A stretch of DNA of 45,920 nucleotides from NCBI GenBank assembly GCA_910592345.1, contig CAJVPI010000176.1:1-45920 (forward strand), given 5' to 3'. A program made the translations under genes and the position numbers. This document shows positions 13,351 to 25,442 of this stretch, one piece after another. Source of the stretch: Paraglomus brasilianum. Taxonomy: Eukaryota. Numbering within the stretch: the first letter of the stretch is position 1; every line of letters starts with the position of its first letter. The notes beneath the pieces are model-generated. The model was not told where the DNA came from. It saw nothing but the letters and a program-made list of their open reading frames with translations, and did no database searches.

Positions 13351-13554
13351 TCTTTTGATGAGAGATTGCATATCCTTCTCATTTTGTTAATGGTATATGG
13401 TATTTAGTTTTTTTTCTTGTAGTGCAGTAAGAAAAGCTTGGAAGAAGTCACAAAGAGGACCAGGAAGTGTATTACAATACTCTCTACATAATATAATATA
13501 TATGAGCCTGGCTCTTCTAATTGTCTTTGATTTTCCTGAATTTTAGAATATGAT

Positions 13555-14218
13555 GATGCAATTTATTTTCCCAATGCCTTCCTATAACATAATTAGCATT
13601 TCCTTGTTCAACAGCTTTTAACTGCCATTTGTTTATCCTTTTCTACTCCAATTCCATCTCTATAACATATAACAGCAACCAAGTTTATGTTGTGCTTGAG
13701 CATTTCCCTATTCAGCTGCTTTTTGACTCCAATTCCATGTCTTAGTCTATAACAGTAACTTGTCCACTTGTTCAACAGCTTTTTGATACCATTCAATTGC
13801 TTTTTGTTCATCCTTTTCTACTCCAATTCCATGTCTATAACAATAACTAAGATTATTTTGTGCAGTAGCATTCCCTTGTTGAGCTGCTTTTTGATACCAT
13901 TCAACTGCCTTTTGTTCATCTTTCTCTACTCCAGTTTCATACTGATAACACCACCCAAGATTACACTGTAACTGTGCTTGAGCATATCCTTGTTCAGCTG
14001 CTTTTGACTACCTTTTGTTCATCTTTTTCCAGTTCCATACTGATAACATCAACCAAGATTATATTGTGCATTAGCATTTGATACCATTCAACTCCTTTTT
14101 ATTTTTAACTTCTACTCCAGTCCCATATAGAAACCAAAACTACATTGTGCATAAACATTTCCTTCTTTGACTGTTTTTTGATACCATTCAACTGTCTTTT
14201 GTCTACCCCAGTTCCATT
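13555..14218 (-). pseudogene. Sel1-like repeat (SLR) protein pseudogene
   Basis: GVEKDEQKAVEWYQKAAQQGNATAQNNLSYCYRHGIGVEKDEQKAIEWYQKAVEQ plus several further 108-nt-period units broken by deletions and frameshifts. Confidence 0.9.
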
Positions 14219-14535
14219 TCCCTTTGGTTCATAGTAGAACTCATTTCTGTTGCAATCAGTTGATTATCTCTGCTAGAAATGTTTGAGCGGCTGATGCTGA
14301 AATCCCACGTGATACTTTTTATTACCTAATAGTGCATCTATATTACTATGAGATGAAACGCAGCACTCTTTGTAATGAAGTCTTAATAATACTCGGTAAT
14401 TGAGTAAACAATGTTTGTTAGTTGCAAAATAAACACCAATATACAGGAAGAAAGATAATAATAAAGAATAAAAATAATCTATCTAGCAGACATCTTAGTA
14501 AAGTAAACAAGCTTGCGATGGAATAATACTTTTTT

Positions 14536-14730
14536 GTATTGATTCCGAACATTTTAGTATATTTCATAACCCTTGTCGTTATTGAAGCTGATCATATTCT
14601 TAAAGCGCTCACGCATGCTAGGTAAATTATATTTCTTTTCTGTCTATTCATTATAGACTGGCTTGCCGACAACCCACTCGAACTTACGTAATAAAAAGAA
14701 TCTGACATGATGTTTAGATTATGAAGTTGA
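14536..14730 (+). repeat. Degenerate dispersed repeat, copy 2 (copy 1 at about 107-340)
   Basis: Same collinear blocks as 107-340. Confidence 0.65.
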
Positions 14731-15151
14731 AGCTTGCTTTCATGCAAGCATCGCGTAAGATTCGATGATTAAAATAATGATGAATTTAATCATTGCAAGT
14801 AACTAGATGACAAAATTTGAGACAGAAACATAAGTTTTGATCGAATATTAGTCACAGCTAACTAACGTTAAGCACCCGGCTTATTTTTGATTTAATCAAT
14901 GAATAGTTGGACTTGTGCTAAACCACACAAGTTAATAAGTAAAATATAAAATCTGGTAATAACACAGTTGACGTATAATACAATTTAATTTAATTAAGAT
15001 AGTAATAGTAATAGTGTTCTTCAATATAAATTTATTACATTCGTAGATCTAAACTCAATTACACAATCTTACAATTTTGTACATCAAACACTAATAAGCA
15101 GACAAGATGGCAGTTTCACATTAGTAAACCAATTTCATCTGAAGATGCCCA

Positions 15152-15224
15152 TCACTGCCATGGCTGCTGCTGTTGTGGCTGTTGTTGTTGTGGCTGTTGT
15201 TGTTGCTGCTGTTGTTGCTGTTGT

Positions 15225-15259
<35 letters not shown>

Positions 15260-15281
15260 CCTAAGATAAAATTCACGTCGT

Positions 15282-15338
<57 letters not shown>

Positions 15339-16576
15339 CGTTGTTGTTGTTGCTGATGTTGCTGCTGTCGTTGTTGTTGTTGATGTCTTAATAATAACTG
15401 ACGTTGAGTTATCCCACCTTGAGCCTGTGCAAATAAGCCAGGTTGCTGTGCCCAAGGCAAAACAAGGGATGACCCTGGTTGATTAAGTACTACATCAGCA
15501 CCGTTAGGCGCAGAACGCATCAAAACGATATTATGTGGTCTCATATTAGATACCATTGGCATATTACCAGATAACTGGAAATTAGTGGCCTGAGGATTAG
15601 CGTTCGGGAGGACTTGAACTCGTGTAGCGGGACTCGTCATAGGTTGTGGTGCCTGTATTTGTACAGGTCGCTGCCGAGTCGGAGAAATAAATGGCGTTCC
15701 ACTAGAATTGATCGAAGCTGGACTAATGACTGGCGTCTGCGGATGAGATTGTGGTGTCTGACGAGGTTGTTGTGGTACCACTGGTGCTTGTCGCGGTGAA
15801 GAACTAACAAAAGTCTGAGCAGATGCTGTCAAGCCTCCGTTGTGCGTTTGCTGTGGTATTCGTATCTGTTGAGCATTTGCAAAAGCAGCAGCCTGATTGA
15901 TGGAAATGTTCGATTGGTTTGGTAGTTGTTGAATAGGATGCACTTTTCCTTGTTGAGCAGCTGGATTAATACGAAAATGTACGTCTGCATAACTTAGGGA
16001 ACCCCCAGGCAGGTTTACCGGTTGTCTTATAGGAGGTCTCATTTGCATAGGAGGCCTTTGTCCTCTTCTCTGTGTCAAAATTTGATGAATATATTGTTGT
16101 GAAGTCTGTGCGGGTCTACGGATAGGTTGTTGTATCGGCGTTTGAGGTGGTTGGCCTTGCATTGGTGTTTGAATTGATGGTTGAGCAGTTACAATTGGAT
16201 TGACCAGTTGGTTTTGTGGTGGTGTTTGTGCAATAGGGGGCCGTATTTGCGGAGATTGTGATCGCCTTCGCCGAGGTGTAGTGGGTATAATCTGATGTTG
16301 TTGCACAGGTGTTCCAACCTGCCGTGGAGCATCTGCCGGTGACTGGACTGGCGTGTGTGAGTTGGACCGAGAAAGTGGTTGTGCGGAAGGCTGTGGATTA
16401 GGACGTTGCGAAGGGTGCTGAACGTTGTTGTTTATACCGCCACCAGGTAACATTAATCTTTCATGAGGTAGAGGCTGTTGGGGAGGTTGAATCGGCTGCT
16501 GTATTTGCTGTGGACCTTGCTGGCTCTGTGATTGTGGGGGACCTTGTATCTGTGATGTTTGAGGGAGTTGAATAAC

Positions 16577-16629
<53 letters not shown>

Positions 16630-19094
16630 GCTGAATGATACCACCATTCGGCAGCTGTATTGGTCTCTGTATACCTATAGTTGAGGCAACAGGACCGCTT
16701 GGTTGTTGTGATCGTTGAAGCAATGGCGGTTGCGGACGACCAACACCAACTGCACCCCCGCTTATAAGCTGTGGTTGTACTCTAATCCCTTTTGGAGAAC
16801 GAGTAGCATTTGAGGGTTGTGGCTGAGACACTTGCACAGGATTTTGAGATGCTTGTACTGGAACTTGGTGATTTGGTGGCTGTTGAGTGAGTGCAGGCAA
16901 CTGTCTTGGTGGCAGCTGTATTGACGTTGGTGGTCTCTGAATAGCTCGTGGTGTTTGTCCAGGCGGCACTGGATGAATATGGTTAGGCTGCTGATTGCCA
17001 ACACGACCATTTGGATGTTGTTTCACAAAGTTTTGGTATGCTATACTCGCGGCACTATAAACATTTTGGATAGATGATATGCCAATCTCTTTGGTGGTCC
17101 CGTCTTCGTCGTATTTGTAAACAAGCTCTTGTTTCTCATTTGCTGTTTGATCCAAAGCTGCCTGATTTATCCAGTGATTTTCAAGAAGTTTCACTGGATT
17201 AGTAAGTTCTGGTGATACCACAGTCTTTTGAATATATGATAGTCCTCTTGGCACTAATGTTTGCATGGCGCCTACAATGTCGTGATCAGGATCTGTTCGT
17301 CCTTGCGAGTCTGCGACCAGCACATTACCTTCTAGAGCATAAAGCGTCATAAATGATTTAAGACCAGCTCTATAAGTACTCTCGTCGTCGTATTTATTTC
17401 TGAATCGCAAAAAAACAATGATATTAATGATGGTTATGAGTTGTCCGAGAGGACTCAAAAATTAATCGTTCAAGATTGCATTGACTTCTTAATCAATCTT
17501 ACCTCGCGTTTACCCGTCGTTCGTCTAGTATTTCTCTGAACTCTTTCTGGTCGACTTTCCCGCAGAATTCATCATAGTCGTTTGTATCCTCTGGAAAGTC
17601 CGTTTGTGACACTATGTATACATGGATTTCGAATTTGCTATTTGTATCCCGTAAGACGTTTATGAGCGAGTGCACCGTCACCTCTCGTGTTGTTCTCGTT
17701 GCTACAAAATTGACATTCAATTTAGAAACAATATAATACATACATACATAAAGCATCAAATTATAGAAAATTAGAGACGCCTACTCTCAGGCATATCATG
17801 AACTCCCCGCTCGTATCTCATCCATCTAATGAGCGTGGTGGTTTCTGCTTTCTTCTTATTAATATTTCGCCCTATGTTAAACCAATTTAGTTACGATGGT
17901 TGTTGAGCACGCGTAAGAGCAATTACGTATTCGTTAAATACCTTCTTCCACAATAAATTCTGTCAATCGTCGCTTTTTTCTTATTGTATACGGGTCCGTA
18001 GGATCCGTATTAAAATATTTAATTTGACGGAAGGTTGGTATGAACTCACGTCCGTATCTCTGTACAAATTAAACACCATAGGAAATACAGCTTCGTGTTA
18101 AAATCCTTGGCCTACAATCGAATGCTACAAGTAGATGGCGCCAAAACATTCTCTCATCTTGCCGTGCTAGTATTTACCAATTGGCTTACAATATTATTAA
18201 GAAGAAATAAAGTAGATTACGTACGGGATCCATTGTATACATCAAGTTCTCGTATTCTGCCTGCTTGGCGGCTTCTTGTTCCATCTCGTACGAGTTCAGC
18301 TTTCTCTTTGCGCCCCTCCGCATCCTTATACGACGATAAGGTTCTCTGATTATACCATTTGTCATTGGCGTTTTCATGCTATTAACATTATGCCTTTTTA
18401 TTTCTTCAGAATCTAATGGAGGCAACGGAGGCTTCATGACCTCCAAATCGAGATTTGGATATAACGCCAACTGATAGCGAATCGAAAAGTTAGAAAAGGA
18501 TGCCGTTGAGAAAAAGGAAGAAAAGTTATATGGTATCATTAGGAAGGAAAATTTACAAGTAATTTGGATTCGAGTTGAATAGCATCTTCTACAGTCCATG
18601 TACCGCCATATTCAAGGTTTAGCCGTAATATGTCCTCCCAAATCGAGGCAGACGACGGTCTTAACAAAGTCCGTCTACCCGTGCAAGTCGGAGAAACTCG
18701 ATGGTCCTCGTAACTAACCACCGCACAGCCTAAAGGATAAAATTAAACAATCCTTTAGGTTTCATTGCAGACTCGCAAGGAAGAATGTAGCGAACAAAAC
18801 TATTATTATGAAATTGATTTACCTTCATACCATCGGTAGTTTTCTAAAGTAAGATCGTCCGTACCATCCTAATAGGAAAGAAATCGGTTTGGTAAAATCG
18901 TTCAAAGCATCGAGTCTCACTCTCCCAAGTAGTATATAGACTACAATGTTTCTGCATTACAAACATTTCTTCGATCTTGTCATACGACCTACCAAGTTAC
19001 GGATCTCTATTCGATTATCGTATACATGTGCTATTAATGATACTTCAAGTTTGTCTAAGGATATATTAGAATGTATTTGTGCAGGCACGACCAT
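15152..19094 (-). CDS. SPT20: SAGA subunit Spt20-like protein with a very long Q/P-rich C-terminal region (about 8 exons)
   Basis: SLIAHVY..RWYEG|CAVVSYEDHR..RRTLLRPSSASIWEDI..WTVEDAIQLESKLL|LALYPNLDL..KRKLNSYEMEQEAAKQAEYENLMYTMDP|..EFIPTF matches the Spt20 domain pattern. The last exon encodes about 750 aa of low-complexity sequence. The exon 1/2 junction is uncertain. Confidence 0.82.
15163..15383 (-). repeat. Coding (CAA/CAG)n polyglutamine tracts at the Spt20 C-terminus
   Basis: Mixed TTG/CTG triplets on the + strand. Confidence 0.95.
16577..16633 (-). repeat. Near-pure coding (CAA)n microsatellite (polyQ)
   Basis: (TTG)n run on the + strand. Confidence 0.95.
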
Positions 19095-19297
19095 AGTGTA
19101 CTATACAACAGTCGACCAGAGTGTAAAAAAGACTTCTAAAAGCGTTGGTGCATGAGACAAGGGAGGAAAAAAGGAATAATAATAATAATGGGAAGTTGTG
19201 TGTGTAAATGTAGACAATCAAATTCCGTCGTCGTACTATGTAGGATATTTCAACTCAAAATACCAAAAGAAATTTATTGCCCAAAAAATAAACTTGC

Positions 19298-20274
19298 ATG
19301 ACAAAAGACGAAGATAAAGACTTAGCAGAACGACTTGCGCGCCTTCAAGTTACGAATTTCAGTGCGCAGACAAACGTTTCGTATGTGCTAAGAATATTAT
19401 AAGTGATGATTCTATATTTGTATAAATAATGGTACATTCATTATAGCGATCAAGAGTTGGAGGAGCGTTTCAGTAGGTTGCTTGGCCGAAGACCAACTTC
19501 CTCGGCTCCCGTCTCACATTCGTCTAGAGAACTTGATACACATGAAGTGAGGAAAGCAAAATTTCCGTCATCGAGGGTATAGCGATAGCTAATACGTGTA
19601 CTTATGCGGCTGGCTATTTTTGTTGTAGATTGAAAATTTACTGGGCACGGAAGATGGAGACGAAATAGATTATTATGACTTTAACTTTTTGAGAGAGGAT
19701 GGTTTGATGCAGACCGATCAAAGCGATGTCTCGTCTCTGTATCAACAAGTACAGACGGAAGTCCGTTTAGAGAACGAGTATGATGCTCAAAGGAGAGATA
19801 CCGATGACGATTTGGCCGAGCGACTGAGGAGATTAACGGAAGGTCCGCAGTTTTCTACGACAACGTCCACGTCAAACACATCGTCAGATTTGCTAGGTCC
19901 TCCGCCAAGACCAATAGATCTATCAGATTTTCAGACAGACCCCAATGACGACCCTGACACTTGGTGTTGTATGTGAACGGAGACATTTGTAAAGTTGCTC
20001 TCTTTCTTCTTTTAAACAAATCTGACTTTACGTGATTTTAGGTATATGCAACGATGATGCAACTATTAAATGTCATGGCTGCGAGGGCGATCTGTACTGT
20101 AATGAATGCTTTCGCGAAGGTAAGTCGCGTACGAAACCTTATCCGTATTCAAGCATGTGCGAATGTATATTGACCAACGAACACTCTTACCTAGGCCACA
20201 ATGGCACCAGTGCAGACTACGAGCTGAGGCAACATAAATATGAGAAATATCAAAGAAAGCAACACACCACTTGA
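19298..20274 (+). CDS. ZFYVE19: ZFYVE19/ANCHR-like protein lacking the FYVE domain (MIM1-like helices plus a C-terminal B-box-like zinc finger), 5 exons
   Basis: C-terminus [35 protein letters not shown] matches the ANCHR C-terminal zinc finger. N-terminus [17 protein letters not shown]. Confidence 0.8.
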
Positions 20275-20548
20275 ACTGACGTGTCAAATAACGTCATTGT
20301 AGCTTGGGTTGCGCGTTCAAGTCGTGATAGTAGTTTTCAGAGTAGAAGTGATTTCGAAAGGAACACGACTCTATACGAGTGTAATATATTGCCGCCCATT
20401 TTAATATTAATATCAAACATGCACATACAACCGGGTATGCAGAATCATCGCAGAAACGGGTTTATATGATCAATTAATCACCTGTTAGTGGCAATGATTA
20501 ATAGACTGCAATAAATTAACATGGTACAATTACAATTGAATTTGCGGC

Positions 20549-21192
20549 TTACGAAAGACTTGTCTTTGGTACACTCGGGAATTGAGCAAGAAATGCTTTG
20601 GTTTCTTTCTCCCTTTTCTTCGATTCACGTAAATAGAAAATATCACGATGCAGTATGTATTGTTTCGGTTTAGGCGGTTGTCGAGTCGCAACGGGTTGGG
20701 GAGTAGCCATCTGCTGTTTTGTAGTGTTATCCTTTTTCTTTTCTTTGTCTTCGCGATTTTTCTTCTTTGGGTTTGTGTCTTTATCTTCTCCTGCTTTCTC
20801 TTTCTTCTTATCAGCCTCTTTATCAGCCTCCTTATCAGCCTCCTTCTTCTTGGGTTTAGTACCTTTATCTTTGGAGGCTTGTTTTGGTGGCGTTGTCGTT
20901 GGTTGCACTACTGGTTCAGGCTCAAAGGCAGGTTTAGCAAAGCCACGATCATTCAAATGACTACGAGGAAGAGAGAGGGGAGAGAGAGAGGAGGGGTGGC
21001 GAATAGTGAGCGGACTCGAACCTCCAAAATTACAAGAACAGAAATCATTCTCTACCTGACACAGACGTAGAACCAGTCTAAACCGTTATCAGCCGTAAGT
21101 ACAGCGGACGAAAACCGGCTGCATATGAAACATGGACGCTCTGTTGTAGCCGTTCGATGCGTGTATAGATTTTTCAACTGGGTTTTGGACAT
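20549..21192 (-). CDS. VFA1: VPS4-associated protein 1 (DUF1742), 2 exons
   Basis: MSKTQLKNLYTHRTATTERPCFICSRFSSAVLTADNGLDWFYVCVS|HLNDRGFAKP, a K/E-rich linker, YILHRDIFYLR and FPSVP. Intron 20961-21055. Confidence 0.88.
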
Positions 21193-22972
21193 TCTTTGAA
21201 CAGGCTGTCATCACAGGGTGGGGGAGCGTCTTGCTAATCGGGAAGAATATTTATGTCGCATTCGTGTGATGTTACGCATGTGGATCGTAATAAATGTTCA
21301 AAAAATGCCGTCGCTCAACAATACATTTTTCTAATGCTAAACAATCTAATGACAAAGTATTTCAATAACGAACCAATCCCTTTTTGTATGTATAAACGCG
21401 TCAATAATTTAATATGCTTAGTACAAGCCGAGCAAAATAAAATCGGGAGCACCCAAGAGTTCCAATCGTGACACGGTATTTTGTGTTTGCTTTTTAACAC
21501 TGATCGCGAAAAAGAATAGAGTAGTTTTCGTATTAATTTAATCTAACTGAGAAAGCATGGGTCAGATAATTGACACTATCGCGTCAACGGCTTAATCAAT
21601 ATATGGGAAAACTATTAGCTTACCAATTGTTCGCAAGAGCCGAGTGAATATGCATACAAGTCAAAGTTAGTTTGCAAAGTTTTTATAGGTAAAAAAGGTA
21701 TTCTGTTACGAACAATGCCTTCAAATCAGTGAAATAATTGATCTTGTTATTGGGAGATAGCAAGTGTTTAGATTCGCAAACAAAAAACGTGACTTTTTTA
21801 ACAAATTTACGAAAACAATTACTTGTTAGTAAATATTTAACAAGAGTATTCGTTATACTAATGGCAAAGTACGAGGTATAAATACATATATTCCGTACTA
21901 GCATGTTTGCCAAACGTCTTAAAGCCGCGTTATCAGATAAATGACAAATGGTTGAAGTCATATGGTATAATCTTTCCCTATCTGCACACTTCCCGATCTT
22001 CCGACTTGATGACAAAAAAATTGTTCACGGTAGAACTGCCCTCCACCATAATTTGATACGTAGACAGTATCTTTCTATTTTCACTAAAGTGTTTAAAAGT
22101 AGTCTGAATATACAAACAAAGTCTAATAATTGTTTGTTATCGATAGAATTATACAAAAGTCAAATATTAATCAATGCAATGCTTACAAATTAGATTCGAA
22201 AAGACAAAGGACAACTATAAATTTTAGCACGGATTCCATCGAATTGTGACTACCATGATAATTATACTTTTATGCTTTTTCCGGATTATCCGAACGATCC
22301 TTACCCAAATTAAACGTCACTGCGAATACGTTCAATGAAAATTATTCTTTATTGGTTAGAGACGTAAATTAAATGACGGTAACAACGATCCAACAGTTGG
22401 CTAGAAGATACATAAACGCTAGCATCAGAAGGTTTGTTTGCGAGGGTTCTGGACTAGGTAAAATTTGATAAATTTAATCAAAAGCTTTTCCGAATTTGGT
22501 AAGTCTGACGGTTTGAAAAGTATTAGTGTGGGAAGTCTTGATGATGGACAACGCATGGGAAGATGGTATTAACCAATGTATAGATAGCATAATAAATAAT
22601 AAATAATAGCAACAACAGCAAAACTCACTAATATCATCATAAGAACGTTTTTCAAGGATGGACTTCGTCACATGATTTAATTGGTCTACAGTATTAGAAT
22701 CGTGCAGGTGCGTGCAGTACACAGGCTTCATTTGTCCACAATACTTTAGCTATGTTGAGCTTTATATGAGAAAAAAAATGTATCAGACATTCGCTCACAT
22801 TTTTTGAACTCTATTACTATTACTATTACTGCTACCAACTGAACCTCTTTCCGTTGCACTATTTTGTCTGTCGTACCAGACTCCTTAATCAGGTCAAAAA
22901 CAATATTGGCAGGGCTGATTCCAGACTTCGTTACAAACAACCTTTCATACGAACAAACCATATAGCACAGAA

Positions 22973-23565
22973 ATGGAATTCATTACTGTGATCCACTTCT
23001 TGCTCCAGCTCGGCATGGTCGTCGGCCCCGTAACTGGCTATTTTGATCAGATAGCTCAAGTTCGTCGCACTGGCTCGAGCATAGGTTTCTCGTTGGATAC
23101 ATGCGGAGTGTTACTTGTTAGCAAGTTAGTGTTGGTTTAGTATTATACAAAATGTTCCGTAAGGGTGATAACGATAATCTAACGACATTTTATGGCTTAG
23201 CATTATACGTGTTTTCTTCTGGTAAGCTATCTATTTTCCCGTCCTCCCATTCGCATTGTATTCTCGTTAATTGACATATTTGATCAAGGTTCGGTGAAAA
23301 GTTCGATACGGTTCTCTTACTTCAGAGTATCTTAATGATCCTTGTCCAATTGATTCTTCTATATGTCTGCGTCGAGTACCGATATCCAATATCGCCATCA
23401 CCGAATAGACGATGGTTCTGGAACTGGTACAGATATCGATCATACCTTGTATTTCTGAGTATCTTAACAGGCATATTGGGTGTCTTTTCCTTGACACTGG
23501 GGAGGTATCATTGGGCTATTGCGACCTTGGGATACTTGGTAAACAGATCAAGAGGGGAGGGGGAG

Positions 23566-23633
<68 letters not shown>

Positions 23634-24105
23634 CAGAGTATTTTCTCTGTCGAGTTTGTATTTATTTTCTTTGCGGTTATCTGTAGGCTTTGGGAATAGA
23701 AAGCACAGTTCCGATGCCGCAAGCTTGGGAGAACTTTCGACGACAGTCTGTGGAAGGATTCAGGTACGTAACTTTTTCACGACAATCTCGCATGGATTGA
23801 TGTTTAGGACCGAACGATACCCATACGCTTGTCATGCTTACTGTGATATTCCCTCCCGCGATCTTTATTCCAGCCCTTTAATATTACTCATGTGGTTCTT
23901 TGGAGATACCTTTAAAACTTTCTATTTCTTATATACTGCTTCTCCATTACAATTCATCCTGTGTGGTATCGTGCAGTTGTCGGTTGACTCGCTCGTTGTT
24001 TTTCAGTTTATATTGTATGATCATAAACTACGAGAAAAACTTGGACTTAATGCGCGAGAACCGTTTAGACCTCAGAGTTATAATGCGCTGGACGATATTT
24101 TGTAA
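22973..24105 (+). CDS. ANY1: PQ-loop repeat membrane protein (PQLC1/SLC66A2, yeast Any1-like), 5 exons
   Basis: GMVVGPVTGYFDQI..GSSIGFSLDTCGVLLVS|NIIRVFFW|FGEKFDTVLLLQS..ALGIESTVPMPQAWENF..MWFFGDTFKTFYF..SPLQFILCG. Confidence 0.88.
23566..23631 (+). repeat. Intronic (GAGGGT)11 hexamer microsatellite
   Basis: Perfect repeat inside intron 3 of the PQ-loop gene. Confidence 0.95.
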
Positions 24106-25442
24106 ATAACTTGTGTGAATCTGAAATTTAGAGATATACGATCTCATAGCACACATGATGTTAGCTGGAATATGTGATGCTGAGAGCATCAGGTGAAAGC
24201 AATAATGTTCTTATCATATAATTCCCTTTGATTATCTCCTTGATGTAAGTAAACAAACGCAATACATCACACGTTTATACATCTCAAAGTATAAATCAAG
24301 TAATTTTTTTACTGGTAATTTAAATAAAGAACAACGCCTGCCAGTTTACGGTAATTGAAACTTGGTGTTATTAGCGGCCAAGGAGAGAAAGTAAGTATAA
24401 TTAAATAAACTTTATTACGATTACACACTTGTGATGTCATCACGACTTGGTTATTCTGAACTTACTGTGCGATACAGCTACCAATGAAGTTGCTCCTTGT
24501 TAGCGACATTTAATGAAAGTCTGAAGAATGCAGATTACTTCTGAGAGGGCCATCAATCTGCATCTTGTGCATATGTGAAAGGCTTGCGAATGTCTTACAT
24601 CATTCAAGTGACGTAAGTGTTCCACGGATTCGTCATCGCTTGAACGTGTCGCCAAGTAGAAAATAGCAATTGATATTGTATTAACATTATCACTAATTAA
24701 TTCAGTGTGCGCACACTAAGAGTGTGTCAATAGTGAATTCACTAATTGTTAGCCTACAAAATGGAGAGTCGACCTGACTCTACGTAGTTATTGCGGTTAT
24801 ACTTGCATGATATTCTAGTAAAAGCACCAAAACGCAATTAAGCAAGTCTCAATTGTCAACTTACAGAGAGACATATTCAGTCGCTATAAACGAGACTAGG
24901 GAAAGACGTTGATAGTAGATACGCATGTGGACAACGCGGTGAAATGGTATGGGCGCGCTGCTCACATATCTTTCTCTAGAATTGGCTCTGTATGCGAAGA
25001 ATTAAGACAAAGAATTGCATTGGGAGAATTTCCTATGTACGTACGTACATACAACTTTAGTAACTAACCGTAAAAATTTGTATAATTATCCTCTCATACT
25101 TTACAATTCATTAATCCTTTTCTAACTATTTACATTCTTTGACAATTAAAAATATATCAAATGACTTGCGGAACAAAAAGTACCCGAAATCCGACCCGAA
25201 CATTAAAACAAGTATATTCGATAATAAGACTTGAAGCAACATCCAACAATGCATTTGCACATTTATAATTTTATGCAGATCAAATATTAATATTTCCTGC
25301 GCCCAACGTTTATTGATCAGCATCTGACCAATTTGTACTACTGCGTAAGACGGGAAAAATTACGTTACTGATGTTCACGCAATGAATTTTTATTGATTAT
25401 ATAAATATCAACCCTACTTCTTCGATCAGATTAATCAGCACC

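Noticed and set aside
13555..14218. Periodic repeats as a CRISPR-like array
   Set aside because: The period and translation match Sel1 protein repeats, with no constant repeat and unique spacer structure.
15173..16647. Poly-Leu, poly-Thr/Ala and poly-Asn ORFs
   Set aside because: Alternative frames or antisense readings of the Spt20 polyQ repeats.
20648..21070. Hydrophobic + strand ORFs (similar cases at 30785-31117 and 39051-39471)
   Set aside because: Antisense shadows of K/E-rich coding sequence.
23335..24105. 256-aa ORF with a poly-GE tract
   Set aside because: It reads through two introns. The GE repeat is intronic and the true PQ-loop exon between them is in another frame.
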